Shown here: positions 46,287 to 57,015 of the stretch, piece by piece
Position numbering within the stretch: the stretch's first letter is position 1
How the letters are laid out: each line of letters opens with the position of its first letter
IMG/VR virus record: IMGVR_UViG_3300025313_000944
Coordinates: 23,333-87,332 of that record
Reading direction: 5' to 3' (one strand)
DNA length: 64,000 bases
Source: a virus
Position numbers and translations under genes: made by a program
Notes under the pieces: model-generated
Database searches by the model: none
Seen by the model: only the letters and a program-made list of their open reading frames with translations
What the model was told of the DNA's origin: nothing

Positions 46287-46640
46287 TTATACCTTTTGAA
46301 GCCTTGCCTGCACCCTAGCTACCACATATGAGCTGGTTGGTCGTTTTATATCAGTTAAATGATTAGATATTTTTAGGTCTCGAATTTTTACATTGTGGCT
46401 ATTGCCTTCCCAATCAACCAAAACTACCGTGGTCCCATTTTTGAAGACACCTTCCAGATTGCTCCATTGGTCGGTGGGATCGAGCAACCAAAAGTTTATC
46501 TCCCGAAATTGGCTGGTATAGCCAGCATTGTGTAGAACGGTTTCAGTACCATCTAAAACGTGTAATTCACCCAAGACCGGTTCTGCCGTCCAATAACTGT
46601 CGGTAAATATATAGATAGTTTGTGAGTTAAGCGAACTCAA
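46287..46640 (-). CDS. Putative distal tail protein
   Basis: First gene after tape measure. Confidence 0.55.
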   Translation of the reverse strand: MSSLNSQTIYIFTDSYWTAEPVLGELHVLDGTETVLHNAGYTSQFREINFWLLDPTDQWSNLEGVFKNGTTVVLVDWEGNSHNVKIRDLKISNHLTDIKRPTSSYVVARVQARLQKV

Positions 46641-46745
46641 TAGACCCCGTCCCCCGCTGATAATCAGCGATCTTTAATACTGTAGCCATAAATCTATAGA
46701 AGTCGTGGGTTGATTTTATCCAATTGATTTGTGAATTGAGGGAAC

Positions 46746-49700
46746 TCATTGAATCACACCTCCGCCTGCACTGCCCCTAGCTCTGGCTGCACTACGTAAA
46801 GTTCTACTTTGACGTACACTAATTGCTCTAGTAACTGCTTGACCATCTAATGTAATGGGTGGTATGGTCAGGGTGATATCGGCGTTAATGGGTGGTACGT
46901 CCACGTTGATATTGGCTTGCGAAATTGTTTTGGCTACCACTCCACCGATTTCAGCCATAGTGCTACCGGTACCCTTGACAGCTTGGGTAGCTTCATATAT
47001 GGTTTGACCGATATCTACCATAGAGGCACCACCCGTCTCAGCACGTCGGGTAGTCTCGTAGATAGTTGGTCCGATCTGTAGCATACTACTGGCGGCCTCC
47101 AACATTTTGTCTCCGGCCATATCCATCTTGTTAGCTGGTTGCTCGAAACCTTGCGATAAGAGTGAGCCATATCTATTTACCTCTTCCCCACCTGTTGGTG
47201 CACCACCAGGAAAGCCCGGCCCACCAGCACCGCCCTTGGGGGCATAATATAGCGATTGCAACGGTACCATGACCGTAGCACCAGCAGGAATATTCCACAT
47301 ACCTTCGAGTTGTTTCTTCTCAACTTCAGTCAAATCCTCGATAGCAAAACGTAGAGCTTCCTGAGTAGTTATCAACCGGTGAAATACATTTTCCTCGCCA
47401 ATGACCAAGTTGAAAGGTTGAACCTCGGCCTGTTCTTGATAGCCGGGTACACCCTTGAGGTATTGTTCCCAACCTCTAACTCGTTTGGTAAGTTCTGGTA
47501 TTTGTTCAGGTTTCAAATCTTTTAATCGTTGAAGACTAAAATTACTTAATTCTTTTTGGGCATCTTTCCAACGCTGGATTTGTTCATTGACGAATGGCTG
47601 TTGTACATCATCTATAGCGCGGTAAATACCTTCAAAATGGGCTACCCATTCAGAAATTGATCCCGTCATTTCTTCCGGCGTGATGCCAAGCTGCTCACGA
47701 TAATTTTCTTGTTCTGCCTTAGCTGCTGCTAAAATTTGTTCAAATTCTCGTTGAGTACCCTCGAAATCGGTGAAGCCAAGAAATCTAAATGGCTCTGCGC
47801 TTTCCAAGGCTGTGGCTTGGTTATATAGAATTTGCATTTCTTTTTGGACACTCTTAAGTCTGCGCCCATATTCCTCGACGTTAGCTACATCTTCACCGGC
47901 CATAGCTTTAGCGAGAACGTCTTCGAGTTCTGTAGCTTGGGTAACCAAAGCCATAAAATCATCTCTGGTTTCAGGGGCCATCTCGATGAAGCGCAACATA
48001 AAATCATCTATAAATTCATTGCCAACCTGGGTAGCGTTTTGAAAAGCTTCAAAAGCGACGGGGCCAACATCTTGAACTTCTTTGGCGGCATCCCGTAAGT
48101 CTGTGTAGACTTTTTTAGTTATGTCACCGGCGGCCCATTTGCGCTGAGCTTCCCATACACTCTCTTCTATTTTACGATTGGTGCCTAAAGTTTCACTCAG
48201 ATCGTTTAATTGTTTAATTTCTATGGCACGCTCATCGTTCAAAGCCTGCACGGCTTCTTGTTGTCTGGCTGTGGTTTCACCCAGTGCTACGAGTTGCTTT
48301 TCATAGTCTGTTATGGCTTTAGCAGCATCCATAGCAGCTTGGACATTTTCTTCAAATTCTATAGCCCTGCCGGCGGGAGCCATAGTGGTTCTTAAAAGTC
48401 TTTCAGCCGCTCGTGGTTCCTCCCTATAGGTTTTCATGAACTCTTCGGCCCGTTGGCCAGCTTTTTCTGGTTCAAATACGCGAGCAAATAAACCGGCTGG
48501 TGATAATCTATTTTCTAATTCTTGAGTTGCAAATTTGGCCGCTTCCGCCAATTCATCTTTATTCAAAGATAGTACGTCGGCAGTGCGTATGCGATTTCTT
48601 TCCATAAATCCAATTAGAGCATTACCTACTGCATCACCAATAGCTGCACCGATAATAGGTCCAGCCGGGGTTAGGGCACCGATAATAGCGCCGGCAATGG
48701 TGCTACCAACCCGAATACCTTTTTCTTCCATAGTACCCTGTGTACCTAATTGTGATAAAGCATAGGTAGCTGCAAGTGCCATTTGAGGAGTAGCAAGTTG
48801 GCCTATTGTTCTACCGACCCCACCAGTCGCTTGTGTTGGTTGAGATTGTCTTCCAGACATAAATCCAGCGGAGGTCCACAAACCTTGACCAGCTTGTGCA
48901 CCTGTTGTTGGTTGTGGTCCCATTTTTCCAGAAACCCAACTACCAAGTGCTGGTCCGTATTTTGATAAAATAGACATAGCTACGCCGAGAGCGATTAACC
49001 TAGTTGTAGCCGGTCCTAATACCTCGGTTAAGCTCGTGATGTTTTGCACTACAACGTCCAGAATATCCACGATGGATTTAGCCAGATCAAGCAAGCCACC
49101 ATCAGTACCCAATGTTTGAACCAATTCGGTGAAAGATGTAGATAATTCATTTAGAGCATTGGTCAATGTTTGTGACTTGGCTGCCATAGCCGCTTCCATA
49201 GCTGCATTTCTATTATTTACGTTTCCGAACTTTTCAGCTTTAGCAGTTATTTGATCCCAAGATTGAATGATGGCCGCGATGTCTGGTCCACCACGAGGAC
49301 CACCACCAAGGGCATAGGTTAATTGCCTGAAGGCAGCATCACTTATAGCTCCTACCCTTCGGCGAGCAGCGATGTCCTCCATGATTTCATCCCAGTCACG
49401 CATTTGGCCATTGATGTCTTCGACTGCAATACCAACCTTGCGCAGAGCCTCGATACCAGTTTCACTTTGGATGGTAGTTAACATACGACGAACTGAATTA
49501 CCAACTTCGGCGGATGACTTACCTGTGCTTTCAGCCAAAGTTGTGGCTACTGCGGTTAACTGAGCTATATCCAATCCTGCGGATAGTGCTTCTGCACCGG
49601 TGATAGAGAAAGTTTCTCCCAAGTCTTGTAGACTGACTACACCACCCTGTACGGCCACTAACCAAGTACCCATGACTTCTTCGCCACGCCCGAACGTTTG

Positions 49701-50750
49701 AGCTATGCTTTCTTGACTTCCAGATGCGGCTTGTGAGGCAATGCCTACTTGCTTTAATGCACCTACCAATAAGTCCATCGATTCTCTGGCGCTTAAGCCG
49801 GATAACCTAGAGAACAACATGGCATCGTTCAATAGCTGGGTGGAAGTTCTGAGCCTGATTTCTTCGTTGCCCAAAGAAGACGTTGCTCGCAAAGCATCGT
49901 CGTAAACCGAAATTACATCGCGCACCGCAGTACCGGTTTCCCTGGCAACGATTGTAGAACTCTCGAAGAAGCGATTTAATTGTTCCGCATTTTGCCCGAC
50001 ATTTCCCATAGTAAACGAGATGTCAGACATAACGTCGTCAATTTCGTGCAGGGTATCGAATACTTGAGTTAGCTGGCTCAATGCTCCATAAACAACACCC
50101 ACAGCTATGGCCCATTCTAATACCTTGACGATATTGCGAGTGATCATGTCCGTGAAACCACGGAAACGAGTAGCAGAACTACCTATAGCATTACCATATT
50201 TATCGAAAGCGAAAGTAGCTCGTTGTATGACGCCGGGTATTTTACTTGACTCAAAGGCAAATTCTTGGGTACCTGTGATGGGGTCGATCATCACTCGCTT
50301 AAGATTACTCAAGCTAAGCCCGTACTTATCCAAATATTTTGTGGCATTAGCAGCAGCGTTGGTAGTTAAACCAAAATTCTGAATAAATCTGGTTTGTTGA
50401 GCTTCTACTATTTTTTGCTGTTCTGCCAATTTGGCAGCAAGTACTGGGTCTGTTGGTAAAGCGCGTTCTTCTTTTTGGGCAGCAATTGGAGCACCTGGGA
50501 GACCACGTTGCCAACGTAGTTGACCTGCGGCTCGTTGTTGCTGCTCAAGTTGCCTGAGGGCGGCTGTGTAACGGTGCAGTTCGTCAGTAGCTCTGCGATA
50601 TTGGGCTGGATCACCGGTTATAGAACGACCAGAGACATTAACTGAACTCACGATGCGTTCAAGTTCGCGGAATAAACTAGCAGTTTTTCCGGCTTCGAGA
50701 TTGATATCTCGGACTAAATTTCTAATTCTGTCTAAGTTTGAGACGGCCAA
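46746..50750 (-). CDS. Tail tape measure protein
   Basis: 1334 aa, helical, Ala/Gln-rich; TGKSSAEVGNSVR core; follows chaperone genes. Confidence 0.92.
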   Translation of the reverse strand: MAVSNLDRIRNLVRDINLEAGKTASLFRELERIVSSVNVSGRSITGDPAQYRRATDELHRYTAALRQLEQQQRAAGQLRWQRGLPGAPIAAQKEERALPTDPVLAAKLAEQQKIVEAQQTRFIQNFGLTTNAAANATKYLDKYGLSLSNLKRVMIDPITGTQEFAFESSKIPGVIQRATFAFDKYGNAIGSSATRFRGFTDMITRNIVKVLEWAIAVGVVYGALSQLTQVFDTLHEIDDVMSDISFTMGNVGQNAEQLNRFFESSTIVARETGTAVRDVISVYDDALRATSSLGNEEIRLRTSTQLLNDAMLFSRLSGLSARESMDLLVGALKQVGIASQAASGSQESIAQTFGRGEEVMGTWLVAVQGGVVSLQDLGETFSITGAEALSAGLDIAQLTAVATTLAESTGKSSAEVGNSVRRMLTTIQSETGIEALRKVGIAVEDINGQMRDWDEIMEDIAARRRVGAISDAAFRQLTYALGGGPRGGPDIAAIIQSWDQITAKAEKFGNVNNRNAAMEAAMAAKSQTLTNALNELSTSFTELVQTLGTDGGLLDLAKSIVDILDVVVQNITSLTEVLGPATTRLIALGVAMSILSKYGPALGSWVSGKMGPQPTTGAQAGQGLWTSAGFMSGRQSQPTQATGGVGRTIGQLATPQMALAATYALSQLGTQGTMEEKGIRVGSTIAGAIIGALTPAGPIIGAAIGDAVGNALIGFMERNRIRTADVLSLNKDELAEAAKFATQELENRLSPAGLFARVFEPEKAGQRAEEFMKTYREEPRAAERLLRTTMAPAGRAIEFEENVQAAMDAAKAITDYEKQLVALGETTARQQEAVQALNDERAIEIKQLNDLSETLGTNRKIEESVWEAQRKWAAGDITKKVYTDLRDAAKEVQDVGPVAFEAFQNATQVGNEFIDDFMLRFIEMAPETRDDFMALVTQATELEDVLAKAMAGEDVANVEEYGRRLKSVQKEMQILYNQATALESAEPFRFLGFTDFEGTQREFEQILAAAKAEQENYREQLGITPEEMTGSISEWVAHFEGIYRAIDDVQQPFVNEQIQRWKDAQKELSNFSLQRLKDLKPEQIPELTKRVRGWEQYLKGVPGYQEQAEVQPFNLVIGEENVFHRLITTQEALRFAIEDLTEVEKKQLEGMWNIPAGATVMVPLQSLYYAPKGGAGGPGFPGGAPTGGEEVNRYGSLLSQGFEQPANKMDMAGDKMLEAASSMLQIGPTIYETTRRAETGGASMVDIGQTIYEATQAVKGTGSTMAEIGGVVAKTISQANINVDVPPINADITLTIPPITLDGQAVTRAISVRQSRTLRSAARARGSAGGGVIQ

Positions 50751-50752
50751 GG

Positions 50753-51744
50753 TTATCCTTCTACTTCATCGATTAACAAGTCGAAACTTGTTTGCTTGCG
50801 ACTTAATATCCTATCAAACCATTCCTCAAGTGCTTCCGAATCGAAATAAATATCTTCGGGGGGTCGCTTATCCTTGGGCAACTCCATAAATGAATCTATG
50901 TTTTCCCTCCATCTTATTACCGTAGCTACCGTATGTGGATAATCGTAAGAACTAGTTGGTAACTCTTTGTGCAGCGGTATATTTAATTGCCGAGTGATAC
51001 GCCAGAGGGAAAGGAGTGCATCACTGGCTGCTAATTTTTTAGTTTCTCAGGTGTTAATTTTAAAGTATTGTAACCACGTACCAATTGCTCTTTGACCTGC
51101 GTAGCTAATTCATCGAATTCGTTGTAGTCTTTGAAATAATGGATGATGCAATCCTCATCTTCATAAGTGCCAAGATAAGCTGAATAGTGCATTAGAACTT
51201 CGTTAATTACGTTGCCGCAGATTCGATCTTCCATAGCTTTGCGAGCCAACTTCTTGATTTCGTCGTCACCTAATTTCTCTAACTTTTCGACGTGTTGTTT
51301 GCGGTATTGCTCGACAACTTTGAGAATTTCCTGAGAACGTTTCTCGTCGTATTCATCTACTTGGTGTTCGTATTCCTCAAGCTGTTCCAAGCTGGCATCT
51401 GAACCCGGTGATTTAGGCATCTGTAATTTGACTTCGTTATTAGCTTTCTCGTACAGCTTGGGGAATTCTTCCAGCAGAATAATATTTAACAATTGTTCTT
51501 TACTAATTGTTTCCAGACTTTCTTCGAGTGCAAAATATTCTACACCCTCTGGATTACGCATAGCCAACCTTGTTTCTCGACTTTTGCGGATAGCCCGCAG
51601 TCGAGCTTCCTCGTATTCCTTATCGTTAATTACTCGTTGATAAACTCTGGCTACCTCTTGATTTCTATGATCGAAGATAGGTAATGATTGCTTCCAGCGG
51701 AATAGCGCTGAAATATTTACTCGTTTTACGTTTCGTTTACCCAA
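50753..51744 (-). CDS. Tail assembly chaperone GT (via -1 programmed frameshift)
   Basis: A AAA AAT at 51040-51034; -1 frame open to TAA at 50753, just before the tape measure start. Confidence 0.8.
51031..51744 (-). CDS. Tail assembly chaperone G
   Basis: Between tail tube and tape measure; GGAGG RBS. Confidence 0.8.
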   Translation of the reverse strand: MGKRNVKRVNISALFRWKQSLPIFDHRNQEVARVYQRVINDKEYEEARLRAIRKSRETRLAMRNPEGVEYFALEESLETISKEQLLNIILLEEFPKLYEKANNEVKLQMPKSPGSDASLEQLEEYEHQVDEYDEKRSQEILKVVEQYRKQHVEKLEKLGDDEIKKLARKAMEDRICGNVINEVLMHYSAYLGTYEDEDCIIHYFKDYNEFDELATQVKEQLVRGYNTLKLTPEKLKN

Positions 51745-51807
51745 TTTATCCTCCTAACAAAAAGAGGGGGCCATGTTTTAAGCACAGCCCCCAGTTTTAT
51801 GTTAAAT

Positions 51808-53839
51808 CTAGTTTCTGTTGCCAGAATAGACGATACATGCACCGGTGGTGCTGCGGAATGCAAACGTCTGTGTAGCATTACCGCCGACGTTGGTACTATG
51901 ACCATCTGACGTGATGGTGACCTGTGGAATGTAGACAGTTTTCAAAACCACACCACTGGCGCTTGGTGTATTACACGCCAGAGATGGGTTAAGTATTTCG
52001 ACCAATAGGGAAATTCCAGAAGCGGTGAATTCACAACCTCGGAATTCCGTATCAGCCGGAGCTAGACTACCGGTAGCAAATAAAGCCACCAATTCAGTAT
52101 CGGTATCCAAAACCGAAATGTCACCTTCGACCATGGGCACACCAGTAACGTAGCCAACTATTTCAGTATTACCCATTTCCTCTACCCGCGTCACAGGTAG
52201 AGTGCCGCGAATAGTAAGCGATTGAACTCGCGGAATACTATTAGCTTTCAGGTAAACCGGAATGTTCTTGCCACGTACAGCAGCCGGAATGGTGCTATCG
52301 CTGATGTCGGTCCAGTTAGTACCGGCAGGATTAGCATGATATACTAGCACTACATTGCTGGTAGCAGCTTCACCAAGCGTGACCTGATTGGTGCCACCAT
52401 TGTAAGTGTACTCACCAGCACCCAGCCCGGAGGTAACTTCGTCAAAGTATACCCCATCTATGATTACAGATAGAAGGTAATCCAGATTTTTGAGCTGAAT
52501 AGGTGTTTGGCTGAGTGTGTACGGTCCTGTGCCGGAAACAGCCGGAGTATCAATGATAACGTCGTATTTCAACCAACGTTTGTCACTGCCCTCAGCCGTA
52601 TATTCTTCAGTGGCTTCACCATCTACAGAGTACGTAAACGTGAAACCATTGATACGACATTTGCGCAGGTGCATACTTTTGGCGATATCTTCGAGGTTGG
52701 CGTCTTTAATTTCAGCCACCACGTCAATATCTCCTAGTTGGTTGATATCAACACCAGCAGTTGGATAAGGTGTGGTTGTCGTGCCAGTCAAGGCAGCGAA
52801 TAACTTAATCGACACATCCATAGCTTGGAAGGTGATCGTCACTTCTGGCAAATCGGTGGTAGTACCGGCGTGTTGGCGGTTTCCCAACTCATCCACATCC
52901 GTGGTTGGCAGGTTCATAGGTGCATCCAATCGTTGTATACGACCAGCGTCATAGGAACCTAATGGGCCGACAATTACCGGTTTAACTTCTTTGACATGTT
53001 GTTACTCCGCAAATGCGGGGGTGGTTGTAACCACCTCTACACTTTCATTTGTTATATGTGTAGATCGGACTATACCATCACCCCAAAGGGTGCCTCTTGG
53101 TAGTCTCTACGGGCTTCCCATTTTTGGGCTGTCCCTCGGTATTGCCCTCTTCAGGGGGTTCACCGATATTCGAGGTTTGCTATACCCATTTCTGGAAGAT
53201 GCTCCATTTACGCCCAAGGTAAATTTCTGCACTGTCATATAAAATACTCTTGAGTTTTAGAACATCTGACTTTCTATGAATGTACACTTTAAAACAATTT
53301 GCATGCTTTTCGTCATGTCTATAATGGTATTCTAACCCCAATATGGACAAATGTTTCTCTAGACCAATGATGAAATCTCTACTACCTGATATAAAATCAC
53401 ATCTGTATGATGGTCTATCATGTTGTTTATAAATTGTCCCATCACCATCAAAATAGCCTCTTATGAAATGTCTGTTTGCCCAATCTGGATATAATATATC
53501 TAAAGATTTTCTAGGGTGTAAACCCAATTGGGTCAATCTATCGTAGGCATAATCAGAATAAATTTGCAACTGGAAATTCTTATCTGCATTTGTTCCAATT
53601 TTATAATCAGTTTGTAAAACTTTTTGCATTTTTTCCAAAATTTCACAATCTTTGGACACAAATGAGAATTTCTTTTTGGGGTTGGTATGCAAATTTCCAT
53701 CGGCATAGAGAAATCCAAGGACGTATTGTGTACTTTGGTTTGTAAGATCATCAAAGAATTGTTCGTTGATAATTTTCGTCTTAACAAACGTCATCGTATA
53801 GTCCCCCTAAGTTGAGGAGATGGCTACTCTTTTCGCCAT
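51808..53839 (-). CDS. Major tail tube protein, spliced (exon 1 53839-53815, exon 2 52994-51808; 403 aa)
   Basis: Thr/Ser/Gly-rich beta protein upstream of chaperone; joined exons give MAKRVAISFKEVKPVIVGP. Confidence 0.8.
52995..53814 (-). mobile_element. Group I self-splicing intron carrying a homing endonuclease gene
   Basis: Minus-strand core CGTAGAGACTA and GGTATAGTCC (P7), ATCGGTG/TACCGAG (P4), exon ending in U pairable with GGGGG, terminal G. Confidence 0.88.
53180..53794 (-). CDS. Intron-encoded double-motif LAGLIDADG homing endonuclease
   Basis: YVLGFLYADGN and FIRGYFDGDGT. Confidence 0.93.
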   Translation of the reverse strand: MTFVKTKIINEQFFDDLTNQSTQYVLGFLYADGNLHTNPKKKFSFVSKDCEILEKMQKVLQTDYKIGTNADKNFQLQIYSDYAYDRLTQLGLHPRKSLDILYPDWANRHFIRGYFDGDGTIYKQHDRPSYRCDFISGSRDFIIGLEKHLSILGLEYHYRHDEKHANCFKVYIHRKSDVLKLKSILYDSAEIYLGRKWSIFQKWV

Positions 53840-53917
53840 TTGTTATCTCCTATATAGTTGATTGCCACTCGTTTAGCCATTTAGTTCTATACTCCCAATT
53901 TCGATTTTACACTTTGG

Positions 53918-54382
53918 CTAAACCGCAGTGTAATATCCCGTAAAATCTACTATGGCTCTCCAATACTCGTTGGGGGATAAATCTGGAAATACGTAGACTA
54001 CTGTATTTCTAACTTCACCGGTGAGTACCAGAGTGCCAATGTGTGGGGCTACGACTGGGGGGAAACCCACATCGTAGTTATAGACCTTGACGTTGTTACT
54101 GTCGAGGTCGGTTTGTATTTGGTAAGCTATATCATCTCGCTGTGCTTTATTTTTGCCGTAAACATCCACGATGTAGAAATAGTGGGCCAGATTAGCACCC
54201 GCCAATTCAAAAGGACGCAGTACGATAGGTTGGCGTTCCACCGCTACAGCCGGAAGCGCAATGTCACCGCTCGGCCTGCCGTCTGCACCTACAGGATAGC
54301 CATCGTAAACATTTACCAGAGATGGCAATAAATCACGCAGATGATAGTAAATAGAGAGATCGACTTTTCGATTAATTTGCAT
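53918..54382 (-). CDS. Putative tail terminator protein
   Basis: VDVYG..KAQRDDI pattern; immediately upstream of tail tube. Confidence 0.6.
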   Translation of the reverse strand: MQINRKVDLSIYYHLRDLLPSLVNVYDGYPVGADGRPSGDIALPAVAVERQPIVLRPFELAGANLAHYFYIVDVYGKNKAQRDDIAYQIQTDLDSNNVKVYNYDVGFPPVVAPHIGTLVLTGEVRNTVVYVFPDLSPNEYWRAIVDFTGYYTAV

Positions 54383-55164
54383 TATAGAGCTTCTTTAATT
54401 CGTGCTTTGTAGCCTGCAACCTTATAACCGGTGCGGCTATCATAAACGTGGCTATATAATTTCCCACCTTTACCTGCATACCATCTCGACCATCTAATGT
54501 ATTGAACACTGATTGTGGTTATGCTATTTTCCAATTCTTGCACCATAGCTCGCTCGAAATCTCTGGCGAGCAATTCTTCGTAGTATTTTAATAATTGTGT
54601 ACCGCCCACTGCTGATTGTGTTTTGGCCAAGAAATATTGGCCTTTAGATTGGGGGTAGGCTGATATACCAGTTCCGTATTCCAAAAAATACCAATAGGGT
54701 GCAATCTCTTTGCCACCCAAAACTGCGAAACGATCTTTAATAGTTTCCTCGTAATCTTCCTGCCTATAAACCGCAAAGCGCCAATAATTATAAGCTTGTC
54801 TTTCAGATGCTTGTTTGGCACCTGTGGCTTCTCTACGCATCTCGTTGGCAATTTGTTGGGCTGCCAACCATTGTTCTCTGGCTGCTTCGGGTTGTTCTGT
54901 TGCCACGACGATTTCGCCATTCGAGAATTGTATTCTGGCTGGATCGGTGAAGTAGACAATCAAAGATGCTTTTAGAAGCTCGTTTTGAAATTCAGGTGTC
55001 TTGTCTATGGCCTCGATCAAATTATCTCTGAGAGTAGCTCTGGCTTCGATTATAGCCAAACCGATAGCTTCTTGCGGAAATACGTTGGCAGCCTGCTCGA
55101 AGCCTTGGGCGGTTCTATGTAGTGCATCGAAAGCTTTAGCAGTTTCTCCAAACCCTTCAGCCAT
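54382..55164 (-). CDS. Putative neck protein (HK97 gp10-like)
   Basis: APYWYFLEYGT motif; position. Confidence 0.55.
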   Translation of the reverse strand: MAEGFGETAKAFDALHRTAQGFEQAANVFPQEAIGLAIIEARATLRDNLIEAIDKTPEFQNELLKASLIVYFTDPARIQFSNGEIVVATEQPEAAREQWLAAQQIANEMRREATGAKQASERQAYNYWRFAVYRQEDYEETIKDRFAVLGGKEIAPYWYFLEYGTGISAYPQSKGQYFLAKTQSAVGGTQLLKYYEELLARDFERAMVQELENSITTISVQYIRWSRWYAGKGGKLYSHVYDSRTGYKVAGYKARIKEAL

Positions 55165-55175
55165 TGTAGGCAGTC

Positions 55176-55400
55176 CTAAAGATAATCCTGGCCCTCAACG
55201 TCGATTCCAAGCATTAAGCGAATCACATCACGGTAAAAATCATTCATATAATCTAATACGGTTTTACGTATCAATTGGTATTCTCTATTGTATCTTTCCG
55301 GCGGTAAAGCTATTTCCAATTCGGAAAGCATAGCCGCTAAATATCTATTTTTCTTACGTCTAATTCGAGTGACTGTATTCCACAGTTCAAATACTTCCAT
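55176..55400 (-). CDS. Hypothetical protein
   Basis: TAATG coupling. Confidence 0.6.
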   Translation of the reverse strand: MEVFELWNTVTRIRRKKNRYLAAMLSELEIALPPERYNREYQLIRKTVLDYMNDFYRDVIRLMLGIDVEGQDYL

Positions 55401-55840
55401 TAACCTTCTTCCTTTAACAAGATTCTAATCCTGTTTATTTCCGGCTTTCCCCGTAAAGAATAACGATGTATCAACATGCGTACACCATCTACCAATACGT
55501 ATTTGGTAGTATCCACGATGTTCAAGATGCTGCCAGTATATTCAACTGTAACTGTACAATCGCCTTCGTGCACTATACCAGCCGTGGTGAATTTGGGTTC
55601 CTCGAAGGGTGCCCACCGTACATGGGAATTCAGAACGTGACCAGAGTAAATTATAAACCAATAAACTCCACCGCAGGTTACACAAAATGGATCAGTCGAT
55701 GTATTGTTGATTGGATCGAGAGAACAAGTCGAACAACCTGAAGTTGTGGCTATGGTGTAGAAAGTTGCATCTCTGCCGATAGCTTCGCGGATAGCATCAA
55801 TCGTATCTTTGGTATCTGAGGGGAAAGTAATAGTTACCAT
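55400..55840 (-). CDS. Putative head closure protein
   Basis: CSTC...CVTC insert; GDCTVT...VLVDG; position in head-tail module. Confidence 0.55.
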   Translation of the reverse strand: MVTITFPSDTKDTIDAIREAIGRDATFYTIATTSGCSTCSLDPINNTSTDPFCVTCGGVYWFIIYSGHVLNSHVRWAPFEEPKFTTAGIVHEGDCTVTVEYTGSILNIVDTTKYVLVDGVRMLIHRYSLRGKPEINRIRILLKEEG

Positions 55841-57015
55841 CACACCAATTCCTGCAAATGTTGATGCCAAAGTTTGGCAACACTAATCCAATTAAATTGG
55901 GGTTGCTGAGTATATTCAAACATCTTGGCAGCGTGTAAATAACGTAATTCTTTGTCGTAATAATATGTATTCAAAGCCTCGACAACATCATCTTCATGTA
56001 TAATACCGCCCTCAGTATTAATCTTCAGGTTGGATAGGTATTGTCTGGCTGGCAAAAGCAGTCCACGGTCTTTGAATATTTCCGCTGTAGCAGCAAAGCC
56101 GGGCACTATTTGGGGCACTCCACAAGCTGCTTGCTCAAAATTGACCAAACCCCAACCTTCACCAGAACTTGTATTCAATCCAATATCTGCCGTGTTATAA
56201 ATGATATTCAATAATTCTTCTGATACCGTACTTCCAGGGGTAAGATTGGGATCAGTCAATATCAATTTATTTGCACTTTCGATGCCATTGAGTTTACATT
56301 CTCGCATCATTAAAGGTATGATACTCCAACCTGCATCTACCAAGCCCATATGTAGATACAATCTGGCGTCTGGCTTGTTTTTCGCAAATTTGCAAAATGC
56401 TTTGATGGTAGTATCTATACGCTTCCTAGGTTGGTTTCGATTAGCATTGAAGACGATGAAATCTTCATCCTTTAAACCATTCAGGCTTTGGCGAGCTTCA
56501 CTTTTATTGACTGGAAAATATATATTGGTATCGACACCGTGTGGTACGATTGAAACTTTGCGCCGAAACCCAGCTTCCCGCAAAACTTGCTTGGCAAATT
56601 CTGTATAAACTAATACTTTATCCACTCGATAAAGTGGGTCCATCCATTCTGGATCATAACCATAAGCGTCTACTGGAAAGTAAATAGCCGTTTTGAAGTT
56701 TTCCAATTTAGCTTCTTTCAAGATATATAAGTAATCCAGTATTACCCATATATCGTTGAATAGAACTACAACTTCAGGCTTTATAGCCTTAACGATAGTT
56801 TCCAACCGTTTGTAACCTAGTTGATCTCCACCCAACACAGCCGGGTAAATCTTGTATGGGTAGTTGTGTGGATCACCGTGATAATTAACACCCAATACGT
56901 GGATGTCATACATACCTGTGTTGAACAATCCATTCAATACGTTGTGTGAAACGCGGCTGAACCCGGTTTGTGTTACTGCGTCGCCACACCATAGCAGACG
57001 AACGTTACTTTTCAT
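55840..57015 (-). CDS. Glycosyltransferase family 4 (GT-B)
   Basis: TGFSRV, PHGVD, NRNQPRKR, EGWGLVNFEQAACG. Confidence 0.92.
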   Translation of the reverse strand: MKSNVRLLWCGDAVTQTGFSRVSHNVLNGLFNTGMYDIHVLGVNYHGDPHNYPYKIYPAVLGGDQLGYKRLETIVKAIKPEVVVLFNDIWVILDYLYILKEAKLENFKTAIYFPVDAYGYDPEWMDPLYRVDKVLVYTEFAKQVLREAGFRRKVSIVPHGVDTNIYFPVNKSEARQSLNGLKDEDFIVFNANRNQPRKRIDTTIKAFCKFAKNKPDARLYLHMGLVDAGWSIIPLMMRECKLNGIESANKLILTDPNLTPGSTVSEELLNIIYNTADIGLNTSSGEGWGLVNFEQAACGVPQIVPGFAATAEIFKDRGLLLPARQYLSNLKINTEGGIIHEDDVVEALNTYYYDKELRYLHAAKMFEYTQQPQFNWISVAKLWHQHLQELV

